Shown in pieces: positions 28,089-38,785 of a stretch of 64,000 nucleotides of DNA. Position numbers and translations under genes: made by a program. The stretch is taken from the IMG/VR virus record IMGVR_UViG_3300042482_001246; one strand, given 5' to 3'. Within the stretch, counting starts at the first letter, position 1. The number at the start of each line of letters is the position of its first letter. Source of the stretch: a virus. Its lineage: Duplodnaviria > Heunggongvirae > Uroviricota > Caudoviricetes. The notes below the pieces were generated by a model. It was not told the origin of the DNA. It was given only the letters and a program-made list of their open reading frames with translations, and did not search any database.

Positions 28089-31000
28089 GTAATTTTTCTT
28101 CTAATTCAGTTAATGATGTTTTAAGGACATCCATTCTTTTTTGATTTTCTTTTACAAAAGATACTCCAAGAGTAACAAGTAGTTCATACTGTAAAGATTT
28201 ATAACCAAACTTATCTTCCCAAACAATTTCAGGAAAATATTTTTCAACTTGTTGGGCGATAAAACCTATACTTCGTTTTTTAAGTAAATACTTTTCATTG
28301 TCTTTATACAATGAAAGTTGTGGTATATTTTCAACCCAATCAAAAGATACACCATTCATATTAACAACATCAATAGCTCTATCAAATTTCTTGATGTTTT
28401 CTTTCAATCTTCTATCTGAAGGTGGCCCTTGAGGTCCTTGAGCACCTTGTGCTCCTTGTGGTCCCGTTTTACCAGCATTACCTTGAGCACCTTGAGCACC
28501 TTGTGGTCCTGTAACACTAGCACCTTGAGCTCCTTGAGAACCAGTACCTCCTGCAGGTCCTGTTGCACCTTGAGCTCCTTGGACTCCTTGTGGACCTGTC
28601 CCACCTGTAACAGCTCCTTGAGCGCCTTGTGCTCCTTGTGCCCCTGCAGCTCCTTTTCCTCCTTGAGCACCTTGTGCTCCTGTGGAACCCTGAGTTCCGG
28701 CCTTTCCTGTTGCACCTGTAGCACCTTTTGGTCCCGATGGTCCTTGAGCTCCTGTTGGTCCTTGAGGTCCTCTTGACCCTTGTACACCTTGTCCTCCTGT
28801 CTGACCTGCAGCACCTTGAGCCCCCTGTGTCGCACCCGCAGGTCCTTTTGTTCCTCCCGCACCTTGAGCACCTGTAGGACCTGGACCTCCTGTAGGACCT
28901 GTCGCTCCTTGAGACCCTTGAGAACCTTGAGCTCCAGCGGGTCCTTGAGCACCTTGTGTAACACTCGGATTCCCTTGTGGTCCTTGTGAACCTGTTGCTC
29001 CTGTGGCACCCTGAGCTCCTTGGGTACCTCCTTGAGCACCTGTGGCTCCTTGTGGGCCTTGAGGTCCTTTTGCTCCTTGAGCTCCTTGAGGACCTCCTTG
29101 AGCCCCTATCGGACCTTGGGCTCCTTGAGCTCCTGTAGCACCTGTTGCACCTTGAGTACCTCCTGTAGCACCTTGGAATCCCTGAGGTCCTGTAGCACCT
29201 GTAGCACCCTGAGCCCCTTGAGGTCCTCCTTGTGCACCAACAGGTCCTTGAGCACCTGTAGCACCTGTAGCACCTGGAGCCCCTTGCGGAGTACCTTGTG
29301 GTCCTTGAGCACCTTGAGCTCCTGTTGGTCCTGTAGAGCCTGTTGCTCCTTGGACCGCTCCTTGAGCACCTTGATTACCAACAGCACCTGTTTGTCCAGT
29401 CGCACCTTGTGCCCCTTGAGCACCTTGAGGTCCTCCTGGATTTCCCTGAGCACCTTGGGCTCCTTGTCCACCTTGAGCACCCTGTGCACCTGTTGGTCCT
29501 CCCTGTGCACCTGTTGGTCCTTGAGCACCTTGGGCTCCTTGAGCACCTTGTCCTCCTTGTACACCTCCTTGAGAACCTGTTGGTCCTTGAGCTCCTGTCG
29601 CACCTGTGGCACCTGTCGCTCCTTGCGTTCCTCCTTGAGCACCTGTTGGTCCTTGAGCCCCTGTTGCACCTGTGGCTCCTGTAGCCCCTTGAGGTCCTCC
29701 TTGTGCACCAACAGGTCCTTGAGCTCCTGTAGCTCCTGTGGCTCCCGTCGCACCCTGAACTCCACCTTGAGCACCTGTTGGTCCTTGAGCTCCTGTAGCT
29801 CCTGTGGCCCCTGTTGCACCCTGAACTCCACCTTGAGCACCTGTAGGTCCTTGTGCACCTGTTGTTCCATTAGCACCCGTTGCCCCCTGAACTCCACCTT
29901 GAGCACCTGTTGGCCCTTGTGCACCTGTTGTTCCATTAGCACCTTGAGCCCCTTGAGGTCCTCCTTGTGCACCTGTTGGTCCTTGGGCACCTGTTGTACC
30001 TTGAGCACCTTGAGCTCCTTGAGAAGCTCCTTGTGCTCCTTGTGAACCAACGGCTCCTTGAGCACCTTGTGCTCCCTGATTTCCCTGAACTCCACCTTGT
30101 GCTCCTGTAGGTCCTTGGGCACCTGTTGTACCTTGAGCACCTTGAGCCCCTTGAGAAGCCCCTTGAGCTCCTTGTGAACCAACGGCTCCTTGTGCACCCT
30201 GTGCTCCCTGATTTCCCTGAACTCCACCTTGTGCTCCTGTAGGTCCTTGTGCACCTGTTGTACCAGCGGCACCTGTTGCCCCCTGAACTCCACCTTGAGC
30301 ACCTGTAGGTCCTTGTGCTCCTGTGGCACCTGTCGCACCTGTTGCCCCTTGGACACCTCCTTGAGCTCCCGTACTACCTTGAGCTCCTTGAGCACCTGTC
30401 GTACCCTGAGCACCCTGAGAAGCACCTTGTGCACCTTGTGAACCAACGGCTCCTTGAGCACCTTGTGCTCCCTGATTTCCTTGGACACCACCTTGAGCTC
30501 CCGTAGGTCCTTGGGCACCTGTCGTACCTTGAGCACCTTGAGCACCTTGTGATGCACCTTGAGCTCCTTGTGAACCAACGGCTCCTTGAGCACCTTGTGC
30601 TCCCTGATTTCCTTGGACACCACCTTGAGCACCTGTTGTCCCTTGAGCACCTTGAGCTCCTGTCGCCCCTGTCGCTCCTTGCGTTCCTCCTTGAGCGCCC
30701 GTACTACCTTGGGCACCTTGGGCACCTGTGGCTCCTGTCGCTCCTTGTGTTCCTCCTTGAGCACCTGTACTACCTTGAGCACCTTGTGCCCCTGTCGTAC
30801 CTTGAGCACCTTGTGAACCTCCTTGAGCACCTTGTGAACCAACGGCTCCCTGAGCACCTTGGGCTCCTTGTCCTCCTTGTGTCCCACCTTGAGCACCTGT
30901 ACTACCTTGAGCACCTTGAGCACCTGTCGTACCTTGAGCACCTTGTGAACCTCCTTGAGCTCCTTGTGAACCAACGGCTCCTTGAGCACCTTGTGCTCCC

Positions 31001-34000
31001 TGATTTCCTTGGACACCACCTTGAGCACCTGCAATACCTTGAGCACCTTGTGCCCCTGTTGTTCCTTGCGCCCCTTGAGACGCTCCTTGAGCACCTTGTG
31101 CTCCTACTGCTCCTTGAGCACCAGTACTACCTTGTGCTCCTTGAGCTCCTGTACTACCACCCCCACCTTGAGCTCCCGTTGTTCCTTGTGCCCCAACATT
31201 TCCTTGAGCTCCTTGAGCACCTTTAATAGTTGTTTGTGGTCCAATCCATACACCGGCATTATTAATCATATTTTGACCACCAACCCATAAACCTGATGGT
31301 GAACTTGATATTGTAACACCTGTAGTTGTTATGTCATTATTACTGAAAACTACTAATGATGGACTTGTTGTTGCAGAAAATTTGACATCACCCGGTGCAA
31401 CCATATTAATTTGGATACTATCCGCAGCAGACGCCCCCTCGTATACTATATGAGGCGATGAGTTTCCTGTAGTTCCACTTGGATATATTATTACGTCTGC
31501 CATATATTAATTTCTTTCAACCTTTTCTTCTAAATTTGTTAATAGAGAATCCAAGTCATCAATAAATACTTGTTGCTCTTTTATGGCTTCTACTAAATAA
31601 GCGTTAAGTGAGGTATAGTTTAAACTATAATAACCGCCACCCCTTAATTCAATTATATCTGGTATTACACTTCTAACTTCTTGTGCAATAAAACCAAACG
31701 AGTGTAGTTTACCATCTCGTTTCATTGCCTCATAGTTGGGGTCTAATTCGTTCCAATCAAATTCAACAGGATTTAATTGTAAAACACTTTCTAACGAGTT
31801 TTCAATAGTAGTAATTTCTTGTTTTAAACTAATATCTGAAGGACAAGTATTAGGAACACCAATAATTAAACAACCTCCTGTGTCTAGGTCGTAATAAAGT
31901 GATGATAAGTCATACCATACGGGAGCAGGTAAAGGAGTTACACAACTAAGATTTGCACAGTCAGTCGCATTTTCAAACACAGATGTGTTGTTAGTCCAAG
32001 TAGTAATATCGTCTGGCGAGTATATGTCCCCATAAAATCCGCGGTTTAATGAACAAGCACTACCCGGGTCACCCGCATAATAACCTGAATATTGAAAACA
32101 AGATGCTGATGGTGGTCCTGCCGGTCCTGGCGCTCCAGGAGCACCCTGAGCACCTTGTGGTCCCGTATCACCTTGAGCTCCCGTAGCACCTGTTAGTCCG
32201 TCGGCACCTGCAGGTCCTGGTGCTCCTTGAGCACCTTGTGTTAACCCTTGTGCACCTTGTGGTCCTTGAGCGCCTTGTGCACCTTGTGGTCCTTTTGCAC
32301 CTGTAGGTCCTGGTGCTCCTTGTGCACCTAATGGACCGGCACCTCTAAGTTCCCCTATTCCCCCTTGAGCCCCCTGAGCACCTGATGGTACAATTGGTGT
32401 AGGTCCTTGAGCACCTTGTGCACCTTGTCCTCCACCTGCTCCTTGAGCTCCTTGGAATCCAAGAGGTCCTTGAGCACCTTGAGTAGCACCTGTTGGTCCT
32501 TGAGCCCCTGTAGCACCTTGTGGTCCAGGAAGTCCAGCAATTCCTTGTGTTCCAACATTTCCTTGAGCACCTGTAGGTCCGGGAGAACCTTGAGCACCTG
32601 TTGCACCGATATTTCCAATAGGACCAGGACCTGTTCCTTGAGCTCCTTGTGGTCCTTGAACACCAGGAAATCCTGTGTTTCCTTGTGCACCTGTGGCACC
32701 TGTTGCACCTGTTGGTCCAACATCTCCTTGTGAACCTTGAAATCCAAAAGTACCGGTACCACCACCAGCACCTGTATTTCCAACATCACCTTGTGCACCT
32801 GAAAAACCTGTGGCACCTTGAGCTCCTTGAGAACCTGTAGGCCCAACCGGACCTGTTGCTCCACCCGCTCCTTGAGAACCTTGAGCTCCTGTAGCACCAG
32901 TATTTCCAACATTACCTTGTGAACCTTGAGCTCCTTGAGCCCCTTGTGGTCCTCCTCCTCCCACAGGACCCGCAAAACCTGGAAATCCTGTAGAACCTTG
33001 AGAACCTTGAGCTCCTTGAGCCCCTTGTGGTCCAACGGCCCCTTGAGAACCCTGAGCTCCTTGAGCTCCTTGAGCACCTATTGTACCTGAATTACCTGTT
33101 GGCCCAAAGACTCCTACCGTTCCTTGAGCTCCTTGTGCTCCTTGTGGTCCTCCTGAACCTTGTGGACCTCGAGCCCCTTGTGAACCCTGAGCACCTTGTG
33201 CTCCTTGTGCACCCACATTACCTGTAGGTCCAACGGCTCCTTGTGAACCCTGAGCACCTTGTGCTCCTTGTGCACCTTGGTTACCTGTAGGTCCAACGGC
33301 TCCTTGTGAACCCTGAGCTCCTTGGGCTCCTTGCGCACCTTGGTTACCTGTAGGTCCAACGGCTCCTTGTGAACCTTGAGCTCCTTGTGCTCCTTGTGGT
33401 CCTCCTGAACCTTGCGGTCCAACGGCTCCTTGTGAACCTTGTGCTCCTTGTGCTCCTTGTGGTCCTCCTGAACCTTGCGGTCCAACGGCTCCTTGTGAAC
33501 CCTGAGCACCTTGTGCTCCTTGTGCACCCACATTACCTGTAGGTCCAACGGCTCCTTGTGAACCCTGAGCACCTTGTGCTCCTTGTGCACCTTGGTTACC
33601 TGTAGGTCCAACGGCTCCTTGTGAACCTGTATTACCTTGAGCTCCTTGGTTACCGGTATTTCCTTGGGCTCCTGTATGTCCTGTTGAACCTTGTGCTCCT
33701 TGAGCTCCTGTTGCACCTCCATTACCTGTTGGTCCAACCGCTCCTTGGAAACCTGTGTTACCTTGTGCTCCTTGATTACCTGTGTTTCCTTGTGCACCTG
33801 TATGTCCTGTTGAGCCCTGAGCACCTTGTGCACCTGTTGCCCCACCATTACCTGTAGGCCCTACATTACCTTGTGAACCTTGAGCCCCTTGTGCCCCTTG
33901 AGCCCCTTGAGCCCCTTGTGGTCCTACATTACCTTGTGAACCTTGTGCTCCTTGTGCTCCTTGTGGTCCTGTTGAACCTGTTGGTCCGACATTACCCTGA

Positions 34001-34800
34001 GCTCCCTGATTACCTTGAGCACCTGTTGGCCCCACGTTTCCTTGTGCACCTGTGTGTCCTGTTGAACCCTGAGCACCTTGTGCTCCTGTAGCTCCCGCAT
34101 TACCTGTTGGTCCTACGTTACCCTGAGAACCTTGATTTCCTTGTGCACCTGTATTACCAGTATTACCTTGAGCACCTGTATGTCCTGTTGAACCCTGAGC
34201 GCCTTGTGCTCCTGTCGCACCTCCGTTACCTGTTGGTCCGACATTACCCTGAGCGCCCTGATTACCTTGTGAACCTTGTGACCCTGTTGCACCTGTTGGT
34301 CCGACATTACCTTGTGCTCCCTGATTACCTTGTGAACCTTGTGACCCTGTCGCTCCTGTTGGTCCGACATTACCCTGAGCACCTTGATTACCTTGAGAAC
34401 CTTGAGCTCCCACATTACCTTGTGCACCAGGATGTCCTGTTGAACCCTGAGCTCCTTGAGCACCTGTCGCACCTCCGTTACCTGTTGGTCCGACATTACC
34501 CTGAGCACCTTGATTACCTTGAGAACCTTGAGCTCCCACATTACCTTGTGCGCCAGGATGTCCTGTTGAACCCTGAGCTCCTTGTGCACCTGTCGCTCCT
34601 CCGTTACCTGTTGGTCCGACATTACCCTGAGCGCCCTGATTACCCTGAGCACCTGTTGGTCCCACGTTTCCTTGTGCACCAGGATGTCCTTGAGAACCTT
34701 GAGCATTTGCTGAACCTTGAGCTCCTTGATTACCCTTTCCACCTTGTGAACCTTGTGAACCCTGAGCACCCGTATTTCCAATGGCTCCTTGAGCTCCTTG
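25090..34800 (-). repeat. extensive near-perfect triplet/multi-triplet tandem repeats inside the three collagen-like genes
   Basis: Recurrent units such as ggtgctccttgagcaccttg repeat dozens of times. They generate long spurious ORFs in five other frames. Confidence 0.9.
28081..31503 (-). CDS. collagen-like fibre protein 2 with C-terminal S74 chaperone domain
   Basis: GxQ triplets with GGVQG/GASQG interruptions. C-terminus [11 protein letters not shown]...GFIAQQV. Confidence 0.85.
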   Translation of the reverse strand: MADVIIYPSGTTGNSSPHIVYEGASAADSIQINMVAPGDVKFSATTSPSLVVFSNNDITTTGVTISSSPSGLWVGGQNMINNAGVWIGPQTTIKGAQGAQGNVGAQGTTGAQGGGGSTGAQGAQGSTGAQGAVGAQGAQGASQGAQGTTGAQGAQGIAGAQGGVQGNQGAQGAQGAVGSQGAQGGSQGAQGTTGAQGAQGSTGAQGGTQGGQGAQGAQGAVGSQGAQGGSQGAQGTTGAQGAQGSTGAQGGTQGATGATGAQGAQGSTGAQGGTQGATGATGAQGAQGTTGAQGGVQGNQGAQGAQGAVGSQGAQGASQGAQGAQGTTGAQGPTGAQGGVQGNQGAQGAQGAVGSQGAQGASQGAQGTTGAQGAQGSTGAQGGVQGATGATGATGAQGPTGAQGGVQGATGAAGTTGAQGPTGAQGGVQGNQGAQGAQGAVGSQGAQGASQGAQGAQGTTGAQGPTGAQGGVQGNQGAQGAQGAVGSQGAQGASQGAQGAQGTTGAQGPTGAQGGPQGAQGANGTTGAQGPTGAQGGVQGATGANGTTGAQGPTGAQGGVQGATGATGATGAQGPTGAQGGVQGATGATGATGAQGPVGAQGGPQGATGATGATGAQGPTGAQGGTQGATGATGATGAQGPTGSQGGVQGGQGAQGAQGAQGPTGAQGGPTGAQGAQGGQGAQGAQGNPGGPQGAQGAQGATGQTGAVGNQGAQGAVQGATGSTGPTGAQGAQGPQGTPQGAPGATGATGAQGPVGAQGGPQGAQGATGATGPQGFQGATGGTQGATGATGAQGAQGPIGAQGGPQGAQGAKGPQGPQGATGAQGGTQGAQGATGATGSQGPQGNPSVTQGAQGPAGAQGSQGSQGATGPTGGPGPTGAQGAGGTKGPAGATQGAQGAAGQTGGQGVQGSRGPQGPTGAQGPSGPKGATGATGKAGTQGSTGAQGAQGGKGAAGAQGAQGAQGAVTGGTGPQGVQGAQGATGPAGGTGSQGAQGASVTGPQGAQGAQGNAGKTGPQGAQGAQGPQGPPSDRRLKENIKKFDRAIDVVNMNGVSFDWVENIPQLSLYKDNEKYLLKKRSIGFIAQQVEKYFPEIVWEDKFGYKSLQYELLVTLGVSFVKENQKRMDVLKTSLTELEEKLRG

Positions 34801-35085
34801 ATTACCTTGGAATCCTGTTATATTTGTTCCAGGTCCTAACCAAGCACCTGTACCATTTAATACTTGAATTCCTCCAATAGTTAGATTATTAATGATATTA
34901 ATATCATCATACGCTTGGATACCACCCGATGACATTAATAATGTAGAACCCCACTTTATAGAAGTACCAGCACCATAAGGTCTGACCTCTAACCTCAAAG
35001 TTCCCGTATTTTCAAAATCAATATAGGGAATCCTTCCGGGATTCGGGACTAAATTACCAGGTACAATTGTTATATTTTTTGCCAT
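31507..35085 (-). CDS. collagen-like fibre protein 3 with Cys-rich knob and C-terminal S74 chaperone domain
   Basis: G-N-Q/G-A-Q triplets with GPTG/GPQG, then a Cys-rich segment, then [11 protein letters not shown]...GFIAQEV. Confidence 0.85.
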   Translation of the reverse strand: MAKNITIVPGNLVPNPGRIPYIDFENTGTLRLEVRPYGAGTSIKWGSTLLMSSGGIQAYDDINIINNLTIGGIQVLNGTGAWLGPGTNITGFQGNQGAQGAIGNTGAQGSQGSQGGKGNQGAQGSANAQGSQGHPGAQGNVGPTGAQGNQGAQGNVGPTGNGGATGAQGAQGSTGHPGAQGNVGAQGSQGNQGAQGNVGPTGNGGATGAQGAQGSTGHPGAQGNVGAQGSQGNQGAQGNVGPTGATGSQGSQGNQGAQGNVGPTGATGSQGSQGNQGAQGNVGPTGNGGATGAQGAQGSTGHTGAQGNTGNTGAQGNQGSQGNVGPTGNAGATGAQGAQGSTGHTGAQGNVGPTGAQGNQGAQGNVGPTGSTGPQGAQGAQGSQGNVGPQGAQGAQGAQGAQGSQGNVGPTGNGGATGAQGAQGSTGHTGAQGNTGNQGAQGNTGFQGAVGPTGNGGATGAQGAQGSTGHTGAQGNTGNQGAQGNTGSQGAVGPTGNQGAQGAQGAQGSQGAVGPTGNVGAQGAQGAQGSQGAVGPQGSGGPQGAQGAQGSQGAVGPQGSGGPQGAQGAQGSQGAVGPTGNQGAQGAQGAQGSQGAVGPTGNQGAQGAQGAQGSQGAVGPTGNVGAQGAQGAQGSQGARGPQGSGGPQGAQGAQGTVGVFGPTGNSGTIGAQGAQGAQGSQGAVGPQGAQGAQGSQGSTGFPGFAGPVGGGGPQGAQGAQGSQGNVGNTGATGAQGSQGAGGATGPVGPTGSQGAQGATGFSGAQGDVGNTGAGGGTGTFGFQGSQGDVGPTGATGATGAQGNTGFPGVQGPQGAQGTGPGPIGNIGATGAQGSPGPTGAQGNVGTQGIAGLPGPQGATGAQGPTGATQGAQGPLGFQGAQGAGGGQGAQGAQGPTPIVPSGAQGAQGGIGELRGAGPLGAQGAPGPTGAKGPQGAQGAQGPQGAQGLTQGAQGAPGPAGADGLTGATGAQGDTGPQGAQGAPGAPGPAGPPSASCFQYSGYYAGDPGSACSLNRGFYGDIYSPDDITTWTNNTSVFENATDCANLSCVTPLPAPVWYDLSSLYYDLDTGGCLIIGVPNTCPSDISLKQEITTIENSLESVLQLNPVEFDWNELDPNYEAMKRDGKLHSFGFIAQEVRSVIPDIIELRGGGYYSLNYTSLNAYLVEAIKEQQVFIDDLDSLLTNLEEKVERN

Positions 35086-35089
35086 CAGG

Positions 35090-35125
35090 GATTTTTCTAC
35101 TCTCTATAAATACAATTCTTATGCT
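35090..35125 (-). promoter_or_regulatory. candidate late-promoter motif (minus-sense AATTGTATTTATAGAG...) upstream of the collagen operon
   Basis: A TATTTATAGA-type motif is shared with the upstream regions at 4938-4954, 63193-63208, 44344-44360, 23497-23514 and 36064-36080. Confidence 0.35.
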
Positions 35126-35146
35126 TTTTAGATAAACAAAAAACAA

Positions 35147-35428
35147 TTAAATAATATGTTTTTTGATTATATCAACAGCTTCAGTTAATTCATTATAGTC
35201 CCTATCAGGAGTATACATATGAGGAATGGTTTTTTCTTTAGTTTCTTCAATAATGAGTAATGCTGGTACAAAATCATTTTCTGTTAATTGTGAAAAGATA
35301 TCATACTCTTCTTCATACTCATCAATGTCTCTATCAACGAAGTCAATGTTCTCTTTGACTAACATCTCTTTGAAGTCAGTACAATGAGGACAGCCTTTCA
35401 TTGTATAAACAATAATTGTTTTACTCAT
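35147..35428 (-). CDS. glutaredoxin/NrdH-like redoxin
   Basis: N-terminal CPHC active site in a roughly 90 aa thioredoxin-fold protein. Confidence 0.7.
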   Translation of the reverse strand: MSKTIIVYTMKGCPHCTDFKEMLVKENIDFVDRDIDEYEEEYDIFSQLTENDFVPALLIIEETKEKTIPHMYTPDRDYNELTEAVDIIKKHII

Positions 35429-35736
35429 TAGTTCATTAGTATTTCAGTTAATTCAGGTGTCGGCACAACTCCTGTTCTTGTCATATCAACTACACCATTT
35501 TTGAAGAGTTTTAAAGTCGGTACCGCTCTGATTCCCATCTCTGTTCTTACGAAGTCGTGGTCTGTGTCAATATCGTATTTGTATACAGGTATTTTTGTTT
35601 CATTCTCAGATGTGATTTTCTCAAGTGATGATAACAATACTTTACAAGGCCCACACCAAGTTGCGTATAAATCTAAGAGGAAACTTTCCTTGTTATTTAT
35701 TTTTTCTTTCAATTGTTCTGTCGTTAACTGTTCCAT
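35428..35736 (-). CDS. thioredoxin
   Basis: WCGPCK active site with thioredoxin-fold spacing. Confidence 0.8.
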   Translation of the reverse strand: MEQLTTEQLKEKINNKESFLLDLYATWCGPCKVLLSSLEKITSENETKIPVYKYDIDTDHDFVRTEMGIRAVPTLKLFKNGVVDMTRTGVVPTPELTEILMN

Positions 35737-35745
35737 ATTCTATAA

Positions 35746-36054
35746 TTAGTTTTTTTTATTTAAAAGTGACCTTAAATATATTTCCACAACGTTCATTTTT
35801 TCAGGTAAGAAATAACACACAATACTAAATCGTGTATTACTATCCCATTCCTGTACGTGTAGATATATTTGTTCTTTTTTATTCGCCGAGTAAATCATCT
35901 CTCTAAGATTATTTGTAGGGTAACTATCCTTTACGTATACCAATTCAAGCTTGTTGAATTTTTTACCGTCAATATCAACGTTCCCTAAATTAAACTCTGA
36001 AAATATAACCCCCTCTTTTTGTTCAATACTTTCAATATACCTCGGTCTTTCCAT
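35746..36054 (-). CDS. hypothetical protein
   Basis: 102 aa. Confidence 0.5.
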   Translation of the reverse strand: MERPRYIESIEQKEGVIFSEFNLGNVDIDGKKFNKLELVYVKDSYPTNNLREMIYSANKKEQIYLHVQEWDSNTRFSIVCYFLPEKMNVVEIYLRSLLNKKN

Positions 36055-36080
36055 AATATTATTTTACTACAAAATATATG

Positions 36081-36106
36081 AAAATAAAAAAGGGAGTAAA
36101 CCTCCC
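36081..36106 (-). terminator. rho-independent terminator
   Basis: gggaggtttactccc hairpin right after the stop at 36107, then a T-run on the minus sense. Confidence 0.6.
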
Positions 36107-36394
36107 TTAATTTAAAAATATCTTACCGAAAGCATTTTCAATAAATTGTATTTGTTCTCTGTGTTTTTCTTTGTTCTTCTTAGGTCCACCATTCAACTTC
36201 AAACATATATCAATATATTGTGATTGTGTTAAAGTTATTTCTTCACCACTATCAAAGTTTTGTTGTGCAACCTTTTCGATTTCTTTGTAAAACTCTTCTT
36301 TCTTTTCTAAGGGAACAAGACTTTTTAAATCATCTTCATTAGAATTGAAAAACTTCTTAACTCCTGCAATGTAAATTTTTACATCAACACTCAT
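36107..36394 (-). CDS. hypothetical protein
   Basis: 95 aa. Confidence 0.5.
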   Translation of the reverse strand: MSVDVKIYIAGVKKFFNSNEDDLKSLVPLEKKEEFYKEIEKVAQQNFDSGEEITLTQSQYIDICLKLNGGPKKNKEKHREQIQFIENAFGKIFLN

Positions 36395-36412
36395 AACAAT
36401 AAAATTTAATAA

Positions 36413-37747
36413 TTATCTTCTTCCTTCTAACTCTGTGAAGTCATATAGACCTGGACCAACCTCGAATGCCACATCAGTGATTTCCTTAGGTAATACTATA
36501 TTATTTGAACCCATAATATTCATAATCATAATCTCAGGTAAAGTGGCAACACACGCAGGTATTGACTTAACCTCAGGACAATTTAGAACTGCAAAATATG
36601 CTAATTTTTTAAGTTCACATATCGCATCAGGAACACTAGTTATACACCCATCAAATGTAAGCCTATCTAAGTTTGTGAATCTTGAAATTGTATCAGGAAT
36701 TCTAAATGTAATTGGTGTTCTAGTGTTTCTAGTTGAGATATTAATTTTGTGTATGTCGTCAGGTAATGAATCAAATAACTCATCCAAACCATACAACCCA
36801 ATAAACTTACCTACAGAACCAGACTCAAAGTTATCAATAACCAATTCTTTACCTTGGTGTGTTAAACCTTTAGCAAATTCAGGTTTGAAGTAATCTTTAA
36901 GTTCTGCCATAGGACCGTTCAAATACTCAATTAAATTAACACTACGGTCATCCTTATCCATAAACTGATTTGATTGGAAATGGAATTGGTATCTTTCTTT
37001 TGGTAATCCTGTTGTTGGAGATACATTAGTATCATTTGGATTATAGATAACATACAAAGGTCCGTCTTTAATGTATCTATCGAAGTAACTTAAACCAGGT
37101 GCTGAAGTACACCAACGAGTCTCTTGTTGATTACCACCGTAAAAACAAGCGGCTTCTTTACCTCTTTCTCCTTTATCAGATATCTTAATAACTCTCCAAT
37201 TTTTACCCTCAAATCCAGATTCAGCACCAGGGTGTACTGGCGCAGCCTTTCTTTCGGCTTTAGTTGTTGTCGCCATAGTTAAGTCAAAGTCCTTAACAGC
37301 ATCGTATAAAGCTTCAGGTGTTAGTTTATTGATATCCCTCATTTCAAGAGGTAACTTACCTTTAAACCTTTTAAACTTGGTCAAATCCTCAGTCACTTTG
37401 TAAAGGTCTTCCATAAACCTTTCTCTCATAACTTTAACTTCTCTCTCGTGACCTTGTTCACCTCTTGGGATTTCAGTCTTAACGTTCATATAACTCTTAA
37501 TTAACCAAGGAGTGTATTCACCAACTTTAACTCGAGATAATTCCTCTTTTGATGCTCTTTCCAAATCAACATCATTTAAACGAGATGTTGGGTCGGCTTG
37601 GATTAATTCGAAGAACTCTTGTTTGCTCAATGGAGCCTTTAAAGGTTTACCTTCTTTATCTTTTTTAGGTAATACAAACTTATCCATCAAAACTTCAAGT
37701 CTTGATTGTTCCAATATGATTTTCTTAAGTACGTTTGCGAACTTCAT
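36413..37747 (-). CDS. hypothetical protein with C-terminal leucine-rich repeats
   Basis: The C-terminal roughly 120 aa show LxxLxLxxC/N-type repeats (LDRLTFDGCITSVPDAICELKKLAYFAVLNCPEVKSIP). Confidence 0.5.
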   Translation of the reverse strand: MKFANVLKKIILEQSRLEVLMDKFVLPKKDKEGKPLKAPLSKQEFFELIQADPTSRLNDVDLERASKEELSRVKVGEYTPWLIKSYMNVKTEIPRGEQGHEREVKVMRERFMEDLYKVTEDLTKFKRFKGKLPLEMRDINKLTPEALYDAVKDFDLTMATTTKAERKAAPVHPGAESGFEGKNWRVIKISDKGERGKEAACFYGGNQQETRWCTSAPGLSYFDRYIKDGPLYVIYNPNDTNVSPTTGLPKERYQFHFQSNQFMDKDDRSVNLIEYLNGPMAELKDYFKPEFAKGLTHQGKELVIDNFESGSVGKFIGLYGLDELFDSLPDDIHKINISTRNTRTPITFRIPDTISRFTNLDRLTFDGCITSVPDAICELKKLAYFAVLNCPEVKSIPACVATLPEIMIMNIMGSNNIVLPKEITDVAFEVGPGLYDFTELEGRR

Positions 37748-37793
37748 TATCTTACAAATTTAATAATAAATATACAATTAACCACAAATTATT

Positions 37794-38633
37794 CTAATAA
37801 TTCATTATAAGAATCTCTTCCCCCATATTTTGAGTTTTACCTTTGGTTGCCGCAGCTGCCTTGGCAAAAAGTTTTTTCTCCCATCGATACTTGTCTTCAG
37901 GGAACCAAGTATGTAGTAATTCAAAATCATAATAGGATAAACTGAATTTACCCTTAACCTCATCTAATACATTTGCCAACCTTTCGTGGTCGTCTCTATC
38001 AAAATCGTGATTTGAGTAGTAGTTCTCAGTTTTCCAATATGGTGGGTCCAAATAAATGTATGTAGTTGGTGAATCATACTTAGCAATTACTTCAGCAAAA
38101 TCCATATTTTCGACCACACTAATTTTCAAGAAATGTTCCACCCACTCAGGCTTAGATAACTTATCCCTAAATGTTAGATACTTTGACTTGTATTTACCTT
38201 TCAAATCAATGAACGAACTTGTTTCTGGTCTACTCCCACTAAACACTTGTGTTAGAACATATGCATATTTTGCCGCAATATTATAATCAGGATTATTAAT
38301 CTCTAACCCGTCCGAAAATAATTCTCTCTGGAACTCCACAAATTGTTCTTTATAGATTGTAGGAGTTGTCTCCTCTCCAAGTTGTTGACAAGGAATTGAA
38401 TTAACAGCCTTGAGTAGTTCTTTTGGATTCTTAAGACAAGAAAATAAATTGTGATTCAATGGATTAAAGTCGTTGTAAACAACAGTTTTTAAATTAGGGA
38501 ATTTTTTTAAATCCATATTATAAAAACACCAAAACATTCCTCCGAATGTTTCAACATACGTTTCCATATCTGTTGGATAGAAATCAACTATCCATTTACC
38601 AATCTTACTTTTACCTCCAATATAACTGAGCAT
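37794..38633 (-). CDS. Dam-like (D12 class, alpha group) N6-adenine DNA methyltransferase
   Basis: YIGGKSK near the N-terminus and IYLDPPYW later, which is Dam-family order. I chose the start at the internal Met MLSYIGG. Confidence 0.75.
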   Translation of the reverse strand: MLSYIGGKSKIGKWIVDFYPTDMETYVETFGGMFWCFYNMDLKKFPNLKTVVYNDFNPLNHNLFSCLKNPKELLKAVNSIPCQQLGEETTPTIYKEQFVEFQRELFSDGLEINNPDYNIAAKYAYVLTQVFSGSRPETSSFIDLKGKYKSKYLTFRDKLSKPEWVEHFLKISVVENMDFAEVIAKYDSPTTYIYLDPPYWKTENYYSNHDFDRDDHERLANVLDEVKGKFSLSYYDFELLHTWFPEDKYRWEKKLFAKAAAATKGKTQNMGEEILIMNY

Positions 38634-38689
38634 AGAATTCTTTTTTACAAAGATAAGAATTAGATTCTTAAAAAGCAACCCCCAATGTT

Positions 38690-38770
38690 AAGTTTTTTCA
38701 AGATATTGATATATGTTAACACAACCTTATACTTATGTTAAGAGAGTGTTAACACTTTTCATAAACCAAA
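38690..38770. promoter_or_regulatory. divergent intergenic region with repeated ATGTTAA(G/C) half-sites and GTGTTAACAC palindromes
   Basis: atgttaagtt, tatgttaacaca, tatgttaagag and gtgttaacac lie within 80 nt, between the Dam-like methyltransferase gene and the plus-strand secreted-protein gene. Confidence 0.4.
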
Positions 38771-38785
38771 ATAAATTAAAATAAA

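Noticed and set aside
28404-34880. Other-frame ORFs inside collagen-like genes 2 and 3 (for example 29106-31094, 29020-30045, 30549-31226, 32355-33077, 33114-33848, 34107-34880, 34113-34781)
   Set aside because: Same repeat artefact as above.
24804-35085. Possible CRISPR array, suggested by the strong periodic repeats
   Set aside because: The repeats are contiguous triplet-based coding repeats without unique spacers. They fall entirely inside long ORFs with collagen periodicity.
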